Shown: positions 19,386-29,983 of the stretch, piece by piece
Position numbering within the stretch: the first letter of the stretch is position 1
Layout: each line of letters begins with the position of its first letter
NCBI GenBank assembly: GCA_964493715.1
Contig: CAZBPC010000010.1
Coordinates: 278 to 64,277 of the forward strand
DNA from: an uncultured archaeon
Lineage (GTDB): Archaea > Asgardarchaeota > Lokiarchaeia > Sigyniarchaeales > SOKP01
Direction: 5' to 3'
DNA: 64,000 nt
The notes under the pieces: generated by a model
Databases searched by the model: none
Told to the model about the DNA's origin: nothing
Seen by the model: only the letters and a program-made list of their open reading frames with translations
Made by a program: the position numbers and the translations under genes

Positions 19386-21773
19386 TTAATTCAATATTAG
19401 TAATTTCCTTTTTTTGGGTAAAGAAACTTTCTCGACACCTAATTCTTTAACATAATCCACGACTTCAATTAAATTCTTCGCAGATTGGTGGAAGAAGCAT
19501 ACTTCTTTAGGTTCTAAAGCTCTAACCATTTCAGCTAATTGATTTTTATCAGCATGAAGTTTTATTTGAAGTTGTGGTGCAAAAGTGTTTATTAGCATTG
19601 CTCGAAAGGGAACACTCCATGAATCCGTAAAGGTGATTTCTTGAGCTCCATTTATTAAATCAATTCCGGGTTCTTCATGAATTGAACCAGCAAGGTAAAC
19701 TAAATTATGAGGATTTCTCCCTACGACATTGATTATATTCCGAATAATACCATAGGACAAATCAGGAGGGTGACTGATGATAATATTATTTTTGTTTCTT
19801 AAAAAATCTAAATCTTTTAAACCAAACCATCTAAATTTTATTGAATTAAATGGATTTGCTTTATCTTTTATCAATTTAGAAATTGGTCCATAGATGTATT
19901 GATATCGATGATTGATAACTTGAATATTTTTTCTTACCATCATATCTACATAAATATTTGGACGTTTTGTGAATCCTCTTTGTCTCAATTGTAGCTTCCT
20001 AAAATATCTCCAAAATGTTAACATAAAAGTAATTGCTAAACTTGATGGGTCTGTCCCAATTAGCACGTTATCTTCATATTCTGCCTTTTGCTCCATGAAT
20101 AAAATTAAGCTATGAAACTGATCAGATATGTTCCCATGATCCTCTTTCGCACTGGTTCCATCGATTAACAAATAATCAATGGGTCTTGAAATTTGTTCTA
20201 AAAATCTTTTAGTGCCTGAAAAAGGAGTTATATCATTGTAAGTATAATCACCCGTATAAAGAAAGCGAAAATCGTTGATTTTTACCAATATCATTAACGC
20301 TCCAGGCATATGACCAGCATGGAAGAATGAAAGATAACAATTCTTATCTTGAAATTCGATTTTTTCACCATTCTCTACATAAATTACATTCTTAACTATA
20401 TTGCGATATTCTTCCTCCTCAACATCTTCAAGATTTTCTTGTTTTAAGAATTTTGAATCTCTCAAGAGAAATAGATCTAAAGTGATTCGAGAACTTAAGA
20501 TGGGAACGTCGGGATACATCTCTATTAGTCTCTTAAGTCCTGATACATGATCATAATGACTATGAGATATAAAAATTGCATCAATTTGAGGTTTTGTGGA
20601 AATGACTTCCTTTAATTCAATGACTTTGGGTTCTTCAGCTTGAAATTCTGGTTCTTCTCGTGTTAGTTCTTCCTCTTGAATTTCTTGATTTTCTGCTTCT
20701 TTAATTAATTCGGGTAAATTCTCGAGATAATCAAGAATATGTTGAAAATCATTATATTTCTTGATAGGGAAATTCGTATCTTGAGGTTCATTTTCTTCAG
20801 TATCTTCAGGTATATACTCTGAAATTCCACAATCAATCAAAATATTTAAATCCCCTAAACCTAGAATATGGCAGTTATGATTCGGTTTTAAGACAATAGG
20901 ATAAATAGATACTCTAATCTTTTCAGTTTTAGTTTTTGAGAGTGAGATACTATTAAAATAGGTTGAATCATACTTTTTTTCTATCTTATCAATTGCTAAA
21001 GATATTTCACTTTTTCCGACTGGCACTCCAGTGATATAGAAGTACCACCCATACTTCTTTACCAATTTTTCAAGATTATCATACATTTTATCTCCATTCA
21101 AAGCTTTTATTACTATAACCTTTTCTTCCTTATAATATATGATATTTCTAATCGATTTCTTTTCATCTATTGGTATTAATGTATTATTATTAAAAAAATC
21201 GTTTAATACATCCAATATATTCATTTGATTGATATTCTTTGATTTTATTAATTTAGCATATTGGAAATATTCTTTTGTATGATACAAAGAGCGCATATTT
21301 GTTTTTTCTTCAAGAAAGATAGTTAAATCTTCAAATAGAAAATCTTGTGAGGTTATAATCTCTTCCTTCTTCTGTTCTTTTTGCTTTTTTTTCTTATGAT
21401 CGGGTTTTTGCTTTTTTTCACGTTCAGCAACAAAGAAAAACCAACCATATTGGTTAATTAATTTATCGCGATTCCATATAATATCTTTTCCCGATGAGGT
21501 AATAAGAATGATAATTTTGTCCTTTGAGCAATGAATTACCTTAGAAATGGAATTTTTGGTCTTTTCAGAAATAAGAGTATCCTCAGAAAATAAATGGTTT
21601 ATCACTTCCATTATTGGCTTTTGCAAAATGCTCCTTTTTTCCATATACCCTAATTTATCCTTATAGATATTGATTTTATAAGATGAGCTTAATGTATCTA
21701 CCTCTTCAAGGATTATCGTTTTATCTGAAAATTTAAATTCCACTTTATCCATTAAAATAAAACAATTTTTCAA
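19386..21773 (-). CDS. Metallo-beta-lactamase-fold hydrolase with a duplicated N-terminal domain
   Basis: SHSHYDHVSGL (HxHxDH) and HAGHMPGA. The N-terminus carries two ~103-aa repeats (F13-V115 and F145-I247) ending YGWFFFV / YGWYFYI, joined by a Lys-rich linker. Confidence 0.7.
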   Translation of the reverse strand: MKNCFILMDKVEFKFSDKTIILEEVDTLSSSYKINIYKDKLGYMEKRSILQKPIMEVINHLFSEDTLISEKTKNSISKVIHCSKDKIIILITSSGKDIIWNRDKLINQYGWFFFVAEREKKQKPDHKKKKQKEQKKEEIITSQDFLFEDLTIFLEEKTNMRSLYHTKEYFQYAKLIKSKNINQMNILDVLNDFFNNNTLIPIDEKKSIRNIIYYKEEKVIVIKALNGDKMYDNLEKLVKKYGWYFYITGVPVGKSEISLAIDKIEKKYDSTYFNSISLSKTKTEKIRVSIYPIVLKPNHNCHILGLGDLNILIDCGISEYIPEDTEENEPQDTNFPIKKYNDFQHILDYLENLPELIKEAENQEIQEEELTREEPEFQAEEPKVIELKEVISTKPQIDAIFISHSHYDHVSGLKRLIEMYPDVPILSSRITLDLFLLRDSKFLKQENLEDVEEEEYRNIVKNVIYVENGEKIEFQDKNCYLSFFHAGHMPGALMILVKINDFRFLYTGDYTYNDITPFSGTKRFLEQISRPIDYLLIDGTSAKEDHGNISDQFHSLILFMEQKAEYEDNVLIGTDPSSLAITFMLTFWRYFRKLQLRQRGFTKRPNIYVDMMVRKNIQVINHRYQYIYGPISKLIKDKANPFNSIKFRWFGLKDLDFLRNKNNIIISHPPDLSYGIIRNIINVVGRNPHNLVYLAGSIHEEPGIDLINGAQEITFTDSWSVPFRAMLINTFAPQLQIKLHADKNQLAEMVRALEPKEVCFFHQSAKNLIEVVDYVKELGVEKVSLPKKRKLLILN

Positions 21774-21884
21774 TTAAAAAAACAATTTCCATTTTTTTCT
21801 AAATCAAAAATGATTTCTCACTATTTGAGTTGAAATTACATTTAAAATTTCAAATTTGATGGATTTTCAAAATTATTAATTGAA

Positions 21885-22289
21885 CTATTTGAATTTCTTG
21901 AATTTAATGTCAGATAACAGTTTGGTCATATCACTAATTGTATAATTCTTATTTTTCAATTTATTTGCAACATTTGGGAAGATTAATCCATCTAAGATGT
22001 CCTTATGATTATCTTTAGAAATTTCTATTCCGATAATATCTGGTAGTGTTTTATTTTCATACAACGCACTAGTAAGCTCTTGAAATCTTGGATTTAGGAA
22101 TTCTTCGATTCTTCTGCTAAACTTTACGGATACCAATGGAGCGACTGACATTAAATCAATGATTTCAGCTAGAATATAAATTTGGTTTTTACTTAAATTA
22201 GCAATTCCATATTCTTTTCCCTTTTTTTTATATTCATCCTTTATATAAAAGATATTATCTTTAAGAATATTATAATTATATTCGCTCAT
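21885..22289 (-). CDS. Hypothetical protein
   Basis: 134-aa ORF with no competing frame. No family recognised. Confidence 0.4.
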   Translation of the reverse strand: MSEYNYNILKDNIFYIKDEYKKKGKEYGIANLSKNQIYILAEIIDLMSVAPLVSVKFSRRIEEFLNPRFQELTSALYENKTLPDIIGIEISKDNHKDILDGLIFPNVANKLKNKNYTISDMTKLLSDIKFKKFK

Positions 22290-22461
22290 GAATTTTTAAC
22301 TAATAACTTATAGTATTAAGAATATTTAGAGCATTCTGTTTTAAAAACTTTTATAATATCATAGAGGATTATAGAGATTCTGCTTCCATTTTACTGCTGT
22401 TTTGGTTTAATAAACTGATAAGAAAAACACTTATCTAGATAAATACACTGAAGGATCTCAA

Positions 22462-23121
22462 TTAATTATATAGTTTTATTAATTTTGAAATATCAATTGG
22501 ACCATTAATATTTATTAAACTAACTAGATTATTATCTAATGGTTGAATGAGTTGTTCTACCGAAACATAATTTATTTTCCATTGTTTATCAATTAAATTG
22601 AGTAAACCGTAATTTTCATTCAATAAAATCTCTTTTGCACGTGCAAACCCTTTTTCTACGGGATAAATAGCAAAGAATGGCTCTAAAAAGCCATTTCCCC
22701 AACGAGGGATACAACAATCATAATTTTGAGATTGTTTTATCATAAATTCGATTACTTCAGCTTTAATCAGAGGCATATCACATGATAGAACGAATGCTTT
22801 CTCGAAATTGAGCTTTTTTAAATGCTTGAACCCTGAATAAATTCCAAGCATGGGCTTAAATATATTCTGATGCTTGAATATTTCCCTATCATCAACAATA
22901 AACTTAATATCTTCAGGGAAATCAATAATACCTCGGTAATCGTAAATTTGCTCTTGTGAATGGGCAACAAGATATACGTCTTGATCAATACCCGATAAAG
23001 TTTCAATTTGATGAAGAATTAGAGGTTTTCCGAGTACATTTATCACTGCTTTTTCAACTCCAAATCGATTGCTTTTTCCTCCAATAAGTATAAGAATAGC
23101 TAATTTCTTCTGATTTTCCAT
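22462..23121 (-). CDS. mobA: Molybdenum cofactor guanylyltransferase (MobA-like NTP transferase)
   Basis: ILIGGKSNRFG (GGxSxR[FM]G) P-loop-like motif near the N-terminus. SCDMP motif. About 220 aa, as expected for MobA. Confidence 0.7.
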   Translation of the reverse strand: MENQKKLAILILIGGKSNRFGVEKAVINVLGKPLILHQIETLSGIDQDVYLVAHSQEQIYDYRGIIDFPEDIKFIVDDREIFKHQNIFKPMLGIYSGFKHLKKLNFEKAFVLSCDMPLIKAEVIEFMIKQSQNYDCCIPRWGNGFLEPFFAIYPVEKGFARAKEILLNENYGLLNLIDKQWKINYVSVEQLIQPLDNNLVSLININGPIDISKLIKLYN

Positions 23122-23306
23122 AAAATTTCATCTTGTTTTTTATTGCTTAATTATGATTAATCGCTAAATACATCAATATTTATGTTTTTCTCACGCAATA
23201 GATCATAAAAATTTTACTTTGGCATTAAATCATAAATAAATTAACTTTATATGTTTTTATGTTTTTGATAATAATTATTTAAAGAGAATTAAGTTGGATA
23301 CGCTAC

Positions 23307-24608
23307 ATGAATCTACCGCTTTTAATATTCCTTTTTATTATATTTATAATTATATTAATTAGTTATTCCTCAAAGAAATTTGATTTTGTGGCTACATCTC
23401 TTCTGGGATGTTTTGTTGCAGGGACCGTAACTGGTTTGATCTATGGTTTAGATATAAATTACTTCATCGGACACATTGAGTTTGAAGCTCTGATTGTAAT
23501 ATTAAGCATGAGTATTATTACAAAAATCGCTCAAGATTCAAATATTTTAGAATATGTGGCCGTAAAGTTATTCAAAATATCAAAAGGGAATAGAAAAATC
23601 TTCTTTTACCTAATATGCATTATAACCACGCTTTTAGCTTCAATTATAAGTGATGTAGTTGTTGTTTTAATATTGGCACCGGTAGTGATTCGTTTATGTA
23701 GATTTTTAAATACTCGAGCAGGAACTTATCTACTTGGAATGACAATTTGTATTAACATTGGTTCAATAATCACTCCATTTTCATCTGGAGAAAACATAAT
23801 TATCTCAACTTATTTTCATTTAGACACCATGTATTTTATCGTATATTATTGGGGATTTTCTTTTTTTTTATTATTTATCACGATATTTCTAATGAATAGA
23901 TGGTATCTAAGAAAGGAACCAGAGATAAAGGAGGAACAAAAGAAATTTGTATTGGAATTAGTTGATGCAAATATCATGATAAGGAGTAGAAAAATGTTTT
24001 ACTTTAATAGCACCGTTATTATCATTACAATTGCTCTTTTTGCCATATTACCTTTACTTTACCTCACTGCGGGAGTGTCTGCGTTTTTTCTTATTTTGGC
24101 CAATAAAAAATTTACAAAAAAGCGAACCGGCGATTTGTTCAAAGACATAGAGTGGGAGATCATTTTCTTTTTTATTTCGCTTTATGTGGTAATAGCATGC
24201 ATGTTAGAAGCTGGGTTTAAAGAGATTTTTCAGAGCATCCCATTCCAATCCTTAAATCCCTTCATGTTAAGTTTGATTATCCTCGTTCTGGTCAGTCTTA
24301 TTTCGGGTTTTGTGGCAAACACGCCTACAGCATTAATTTTCATACCGATAATAGATTTATTAATACAAACGTTTCATTTTCCTTCAGTCCCCTTATATTT
24401 TGCTTTCATTATCGCCATTAATATCGGAGGAAACTTGATACCCCAGGGCGCTGCTTGTGATATGATGACCTTGAAGATTGCTCAGAATAATTCCGTCGAG
24501 AATTTGAATTTTAAGAGGCTACTGAAAGTAGGAGCTACGTTTGCGATTATCCATGTATTATTATCTATAATTTATTTATTTTTCTTAAGTCTATTTACTG
24601 CTAGTTAA
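23307..24608 (+). CDS. ArsB/NhaD-superfamily (citrate-transporter-like) permease
   Basis: 433 aa. Two hydrophobic halves separated by a charged loop (RKEPEIKEEQKK). Organisation typical of this anion permease superfamily. Substrate unknown. Confidence 0.5.
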   Translation: MNLPLLIFLFIIFIIILISYSSKKFDFVATSLLGCFVAGTVTGLIYGLDINYFIGHIEFEALIVILSMSIITKIAQDSNILEYVAVKLFKISKGNRKIFFYLICIITTLLASIISDVVVVLILAPVVIRLCRFLNTRAGTYLLGMTICINIGSIITPFSSGENIIISTYFHLDTMYFIVYYWGFSFFLLFITIFLMNRWYLRKEPEIKEEQKKFVLELVDANIMIRSRKMFYFNSTVIIITIALFAILPLLYLTAGVSAFFLILANKKFTKKRTGDLFKDIEWEIIFFFISLYVVIACMLEAGFKEIFQSIPFQSLNPFMLSLIILVLVSLISGFVANTPTALIFIPIIDLLIQTFHFPSVPLYFAFIIAINIGGNLIPQGAACDMMTLKIAQNNSVENLNFKRLLKVGATFAIIHVLLSIIYLFFLSLFTAS

Positions 24609-24610
24609 AT

Positions 24611-25732
24611 TTATAACTTTTTAAAGAAATCAATGATAATGAAAATGAATTCCATGATAAATATGAAAGTCAAGAGTATTTCTAAATATAATAGATATCC
24701 CTCTTTTTTATTCGTTTGTGCATTATTATAGATATTTCCAATTGATTCAAGGCGATGCCTGATGCTATCACTCCATTGCTTCAATTGGAACAGTTCTGAA
24801 AGTTCTAAATATATTTGAGCTAGAAAATAATTACCAATCAATTTTGAGACATTTTCAATATTATCTAATATAAATGCTAAATCATATTTTATTCTCAATA
24901 ATTTGCCTACTTTTTTATTTAACCTTCTAAGCTTGATTGAGCCAGAAGAAGAGAGCGTAAGAATATCTTCTTCAGCAATATTTAACCTTCTTTCTAGTAA
25001 TTTATCTAATACACGCAATCCAAGCAATTGATAATTAGCTAATTCAGCTACAAGTAAAATTTCTTCATAATCCTGATTAGGATCTAAAATAATACCATGA
25101 TCAAAATCTAAAATCATCAAATCGTTTTTTAAAAAAGAAAAAGAACTTCCTAAAGTCTCCTCAATTTGAGTTTCATGAAGATCTAAATTAGGATCTTCTC
25201 CCATTAACAAACAAGCTAAATATTTTTTATTGTTTTCAATTAATTCATTAGGATTGATGTCATCAGTTATACAATAAAACGTATATTTTTCATGTTCACC
25301 TTCATTCAATCCAAAATATGGTTCTTCAACATAATCATTAATTTGGAGAAAGACTTTCTCATTCTGGAGTCGTAAATATTGAATAATGTTGTATTCTCCT
25401 TCTTGCATAGAAAATTTCATTTTTCTTATACTGTGCAGTTCGGTTATAGGAAGATCTGTAAATTTTAAACGTGCTATTAATGAAATCACTCCATTTTCGT
25501 ATAATTTGATCTGAAGATCTACCTTACTTATGTATTTGGATCCAGTATTTATTTCTTGCTGTAAATTTAATGTAAGACATTCTGGAAAATCTACATATGA
25601 AGGTGTGTCTTTTGTTTTGATGATTTTTTTATCTTGGATACCTGGGAAAATCGAACTAGCCTTTTTAAGATAAATCTTTCTACCCACATTAGTTAAACGC
25701 ATAAAAATTACTTCACCATTCAATTTAGCCAC
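24611..25732 (-). CDS. Hypothetical protein with a single C-terminal TM helix (possibly DUF155/RMD1-like)
   Basis: 373 aa. Soluble body with a terminal hydrophobic helix LLYLEILLTFIFIMEFIFIIIDFF. The family assignment is tentative. Confidence 0.4.
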   Translation of the reverse strand: MAKLNGEVIFMRLTNVGRKIYLKKASSIFPGIQDKKIIKTKDTPSYVDFPECLTLNLQQEINTGSKYISKVDLQIKLYENGVISLIARLKFTDLPITELHSIRKMKFSMQEGEYNIIQYLRLQNEKVFLQINDYVEEPYFGLNEGEHEKYTFYCITDDINPNELIENNKKYLACLLMGEDPNLDLHETQIEETLGSSFSFLKNDLMILDFDHGIILDPNQDYEEILLVAELANYQLLGLRVLDKLLERRLNIAEEDILTLSSSGSIKLRRLNKKVGKLLRIKYDLAFILDNIENVSKLIGNYFLAQIYLELSELFQLKQWSDSIRHRLESIGNIYNNAQTNKKEGYLLYLEILLTFIFIMEFIFIIIDFFKKL

Positions 25733-25739
25733 TTAATTT

Positions 25740-26954
25740 CTAATTTATTTTGTGCTGTAAAGGAGAAATCTCTCTCAATCTTCCAATAATCGGGGGTAAT
25801 TTCTGTAGAAAATAATTTATATCATCTTCACTTGTAAACCTACCAATCGTAACTCTTAAGGAACCATGAGCATCTTGGGACGTTAATCCAATTGCAAGTA
25901 AAACATGGGATGGTTCTAAAGATTTTGAGGAACATGCTGAACCCGTAGAAGTTCCAATCCCTTCAAGATCTAAATCCAAGACAATTGACTCCCCTTCAAT
26001 AAATTTAAATCCGATATTAACATTATTAGGCAATCTCTGAGTTGGATGTCCATTCAAATATGAATCAGAAATATTGTCTAGCAAATATAAGATGATTTTA
26101 TCTCTTAATTTAGTTTGCCTAGTAATTTCCATGGGCATCTCCTCCTTGACTAATTCTACTGCTTTTGCAAATGCTGCAATCCCCGGTATATTAACTGTGC
26201 TTGGACGCATATCTCTTTCATGACCTCCACCGTACATGATTGGTTCAATGTACTTCCCCCAACCCTCTCTAATCCCTTTATTTCGTATATATAACATTCC
26301 AACTCCTTTAGGACCGTATAATTTATGAGCGGAAGCGGATAATAGATCAATATTTAATTCATTCACATCTATCGGGATTTTTCCAAAAGCTTGGACAGCA
26401 TCCGTGTGAAAAATTATTTCATGTTTTTTAGCAATTTCTCCTACTTTTTTTATTGGTTCAATTGTACCGATTTCATTATTAGCAAACATAATGCTAATAA
26501 GTATGGTATCATCTGTAATTGAATCTTCTAATTTTTTAGGATCTAGTAATCCAAAATGATCTACAGGTAACACGGATACTTTAAATCCTTCTTTTTCTAA
26601 CTGTTTACATGGATTTTGTATAGCATGATGTTCAATATTGCTTATTATGATATGATTCCCCCGCGATTTGTTTTTTCTTGCAACCCCTAATATTGCAATG
26701 TTATCAGATTCAGTACCCGAAGAAGTAAAAAATATATCGTTTCGTTCAGCATTTATTAACGAAGCAATAGTTTCTCGGGAGTATATTAATGTTTTAGCTG
26801 ATTTTTGCCCAACAGCATGCAAGCTAGAGGAATTACCATAGTTCTCTTTCATCTGCTTATTAAATTCTTCTATTACTCGAGGATCCATTGGGGTAGTTGC
26901 AGCGTAATCCAAATATATGTATTTTTTCTCCATTATTCTAAAGGGAAGTATCAA
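25740..26954 (-). CDS. nifS: Cysteine desulfurase (NifS/IscS class, PLP-dependent)
   Basis: YLDYAATTP, PLP-lysine context SASAHKLYGPKGVG and active-site loop STGSACSS. The start is more likely M8 (MEKKYIYLDY). Confidence 0.9.
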   Translation of the reverse strand: MILPFRIMEKKYIYLDYAATTPMDPRVIEEFNKQMKENYGNSSSLHAVGQKSAKTLIYSRETIASLINAERNDIFFTSSGTESDNIAILGVARKNKSRGNHIIISNIEHHAIQNPCKQLEKEGFKVSVLPVDHFGLLDPKKLEDSITDDTILISIMFANNEIGTIEPIKKVGEIAKKHEIIFHTDAVQAFGKIPIDVNELNIDLLSASAHKLYGPKGVGMLYIRNKGIREGWGKYIEPIMYGGGHERDMRPSTVNIPGIAAFAKAVELVKEEMPMEITRQTKLRDKIILYLLDNISDSYLNGHPTQRLPNNVNIGFKFIEGESIVLDLDLEGIGTSTGSACSSKSLEPSHVLLAIGLTSQDAHGSLRVTIGRFTSEDDINYFLQKLPPIIGRLREISPLQHKIN

Positions 26955-27052
26955 TATTTTGATCCACTATTGAAGAATAATAAGTTTTAAATCATTATTA
27001 ATTTTGATTAGAAATTATATGAATATTAAATTAGAGTGCAAGAGATTATTAT

Positions 27053-27613
27053 ATGTCTAAATTTAAAATCCTATGGGGAATAACAGGATCAGGTTATTTA
27101 ATTAAAGAATCAATAGATTTAATGAAGGAATTACAAGAAGATCCAAATATCGATGTAACAGTTATATTATCAAAAGAGGGGGCAGTAGTTGTAAAATGGT
27201 ATCGCCAATGGCTTTATTTGAATGAGGTAGTAAAGAAAATTTCAGTCGAGAAAACACCAAATAACCCATTCTATGCAGGACCATTACAAATTGGAAAATA
27301 TGACTTATTTATTATATGCCCCGTATCTGCCAATAGTGTAGCTAAAATAGCTTATGGAATTGGAGATACTTTAATCACCAATTGCATAGCTCAGGCTATA
27401 AAAGGAGGACAAACTGCTTATCTTTTGCCATCTGATCAAGATCTAAAGCCAATAACTACTACTAGACCAGATGGGAGCCCTTTAACGCTTAAAATCAGGG
27501 ATATAGAGATCGAAAACATTGAAAAATTACGAAAAATGGATGGTGTCGTTGTTCTTATCCATTTTTCTGAAATTAAAAAATTAATATCAGATATAATCGA
27601 AAATTTTGGTTAA
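27053..27613 (+). CDS. Flavoprotein-family protein (archaeoflavoprotein AfpA-like)
   Basis: 186 aa. N-terminal ILWGITGSGYL flavin-binding motif and PVSANSVAKIAYGIGD, both typical of the flavoprotein (HFCD/AfpA) family. Confidence 0.65.
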   Translation: MSKFKILWGITGSGYLIKESIDLMKELQEDPNIDVTVILSKEGAVVVKWYRQWLYLNEVVKKISVEKTPNNPFYAGPLQIGKYDLFIICPVSANSVAKIAYGIGDTLITNCIAQAIKGGQTAYLLPSDQDLKPITTTRPDGSPLTLKIRDIEIENIEKLRKMDGVVVLIHFSEIKKLISDIIENFG

Positions 27614-27623
27614 GGACAATGTG

Positions 27624-28058
27624 TTAAGAATTAAAAATGACGGGTAATATTGCGTTTTCTGGACATTGAGCTTGACATTTTAAGCACCCACGGCATCTCG
27701 CAACCTCATTGTACTTGAATTTTATAATTTCAATTTCCTTTTCTCCAAGTTTGATCTTATCTTTATAAAATAGATCGTGAGGACAATAGTCTGAAAGGCA
27801 TTCTTCGCACAATGTACATTTGTCATGATCTATCTTAATCGTAAGGACTTGCTCTGATTCCACAGAAGTGACAACTATAGCATTTCGTGGACAAACTTGA
27901 ACACACACCAAACAAGATTTACATTTATCATAATCAACTTTTCGAATCCCCCTATCAAAAACAATTGCTTTATTTTTACACGCTTTCAAGCATCTTTCGC
28001 AACGCAAGCATAAATCAGCATCAATTTGAACGGGAATAAATCGTTCCTTTTTTCTCAT
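27624..28058 (-). CDS. Polyferredoxin-like protein with four 4Fe-4S binding motifs
   Basis: Four CxxCxxC(xxxC) motifs: CLRCERCLKAC, CKSCLVCVQVCP, CTLCEECLSDYCP and CRGCLKCQAQCP. Confidence 0.85.
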   Translation of the reverse strand: MRKKERFIPVQIDADLCLRCERCLKACKNKAIVFDRGIRKVDYDKCKSCLVCVQVCPRNAIVVTSVESEQVLTIKIDHDKCTLCEECLSDYCPHDLFYKDKIKLGEKEIEIIKFKYNEVARCRGCLKCQAQCPENAILPVIFNS

Positions 28059-28179
28059 AGTTCTTGGGATAATGTTGCTTTAAGAATTTATGATTTTAAT
28101 AAATAAAGAAAATCGTTTAAAGTTGATTTTTATAAAATATTATATAGAAATTAGTCTTTCAAATATAAAAAAAATAAAT

Positions 28180-28974
28180 TTATTGATAGTATTGCGTATA
28201 TTCTTTTCTTGGGGTATCTGGGAGTTGTTGTGCTTGTTGGTATTGATGAGCTTTCTCCGCCAATTCTAACATTTTTTTCTTAATTTCTTTCCCCTCTTCT
28301 ATTAGTTTCGAAGTATCTATGTCTAGGTTATACATTTTATTTAACACCTCAATGATAGCAGCGCCACCTTCTGGTGTAGGAATCTCTAAAACAGGTGTGA
28401 ATAATGCAAAAGCTTGCAATCTACTTGATAAAGCTTCATTTAGTATAGTTGCCTCAGGGCCAACTATAATTCCTTTTTCAACCTTCTTTATATCATAAGA
28501 CTCCAATCGTTCAACAAGATCCTTTTCAGCGGCATAATATACGGGATAATCATCAATAATATCTCTCTGAGGAATGCCTTGAAAGACAACAATTTCATTT
28601 GCTCTTACATCCTCGGATAATGCCCAATTATTAATGGTTCTACTGAGATCGTTATATGCTGTTGATACTTGAAATGGAACTTCAGCGACTCCTACTATAA
28701 GATCATGAGATGGTGAATAATATAACCTGAATGGATGTTTTAGTACACCGTCATAAAATACGCTAATAGGTGGAAGATATTCCGAAGTTATAAATCCAAT
28801 CTCTTTAATGTCGGTTATTTGATCAATGAGAGCATTTGCTACGATGGGACCGATCAATCCTATTCCTGCAAAACCTAGGATCATAGTTGCACCTGGTTTG
28901 ATCTCAGTCATCGTATCCATGACCACTATAGTACTTTTTTTACCTTTTTCGCATATATACTCTTTTTTTACCAA
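28180..28974 (-). CDS. PAC2-family (proteasome assembly chaperone, PbaA/PbaB-like) protein
   Basis: N-terminal ATMILGFAGIGLIGPIVANALI is typical of the PAC2/DUF75 family. The C-terminus ends QYYQ, an HbYX-like Tyr-X end. Confidence 0.7.
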   Translation of the reverse strand: MVKKEYICEKGKKSTIVVMDTMTEIKPGATMILGFAGIGLIGPIVANALIDQITDIKEIGFITSEYLPPISVFYDGVLKHPFRLYYSPSHDLIVGVAEVPFQVSTAYNDLSRTINNWALSEDVRANEIVVFQGIPQRDIIDDYPVYYAAEKDLVERLESYDIKKVEKGIIVGPEATILNEALSSRLQAFALFTPVLEIPTPEGGAAIIEVLNKMYNLDIDTSKLIEEGKEIKKKMLELAEKAHQYQQAQQLPDTPRKEYTQYYQ

Positions 28975-29194
28975 TCCTTACACTTCTTTTTATTTGATTT
29001 GTTTTAAGTTCATGGTCGTTATAATATTTAGTGAATCTTAGATAATTAAAATTAATCTTATTATTTTTGACTAATAAAAATCAAGTTATTCTAATAATTA
29101 GCGATAAAAAACTCAACGAAATCAATTTACCATGATAAAGCTATTAAAAATAACAATATTATTATAAAGTAATAAGTTTCAAACATTCACAAAG

Positions 29195-29983
29195 ATGCTT
29201 TTAGAACTAGAGAACGTCACTATCGAGACATTTGATCAACAAAGAATAATTGTTAATAATGTATCCTTTGGAGTTAAAGAAGGATCTATTCATTCCATAA
29301 TAGGACCAAATGGATCTGGGAAATCCACTCTTGCCTATGCCATAATGGGATTATCAAATTATAAATTAGCTAATGGAAAGATTAAATTTGTAGGGCAAGA
29401 TATCACTAATAAAACAATTACTGAACGTGCTCAATTAGGAATTACATTGGCATGGCAAGAACCAGCACGTATCGAAGGATTATCTGTTGCAAAATATATC
29501 TCATTGGGTATGAAAGAAAAGTCTAGTGAAAAAATCAAGGAAATCCTCCAAATTGTTAATTTAGAGCCAGAAATTTACTATGATCGATGTATTGATGATT
29601 CATTAAGCGGGGGAGAACGGAAAAGAATAGAATTAGCAGCAGCAATAGCTATGCAACCTCGTTTGATTATTCTGGATGAACCTGATAGTGGTTTAGACGT
29701 GATTATTACAGAGGATTTCTGGAATATATTTAATAAAATTAAAGAATTAAATATGACAATTCTTCTAATCACACATAGAGAAGATATTGGAATGGTTGCT
29801 GACTATGGAACTCTTCTATGGAGAGGTGAAATGTTAATAACTGATGAATTTCCTAAAGTCATGCTTCAATATTGTAAGAAAGCAGGACTAAAAGAATTCT
29901 GCAAGAGAGCCCTATTCAAGAATGGTGCAAAATGCTTTGACGATGATTATATTGACAAAATTTTCGAAGGAGTAGATCTATAA
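29195..29983 (+). CDS. sufC: SufC-type Fe-S cluster assembly ATPase
   Basis: Walker A GPNGSGKST, signature LSGGERKR and Walker B LIILDEPDSGLD. The stop overlaps the sufB-like start (TAATGA). Confidence 0.85.
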   Translation: MLLELENVTIETFDQQRIIVNNVSFGVKEGSIHSIIGPNGSGKSTLAYAIMGLSNYKLANGKIKFVGQDITNKTITERAQLGITLAWQEPARIEGLSVAKYISLGMKEKSSEKIKEILQIVNLEPEIYYDRCIDDSLSGGERKRIELAAAIAMQPRLIILDEPDSGLDVIITEDFWNIFNKIKELNMTILLITHREDIGMVADYGTLLWRGEMLITDEFPKVMLQYCKKAGLKEFCKRALFKNGAKCFDDDYIDKIFEGVDL

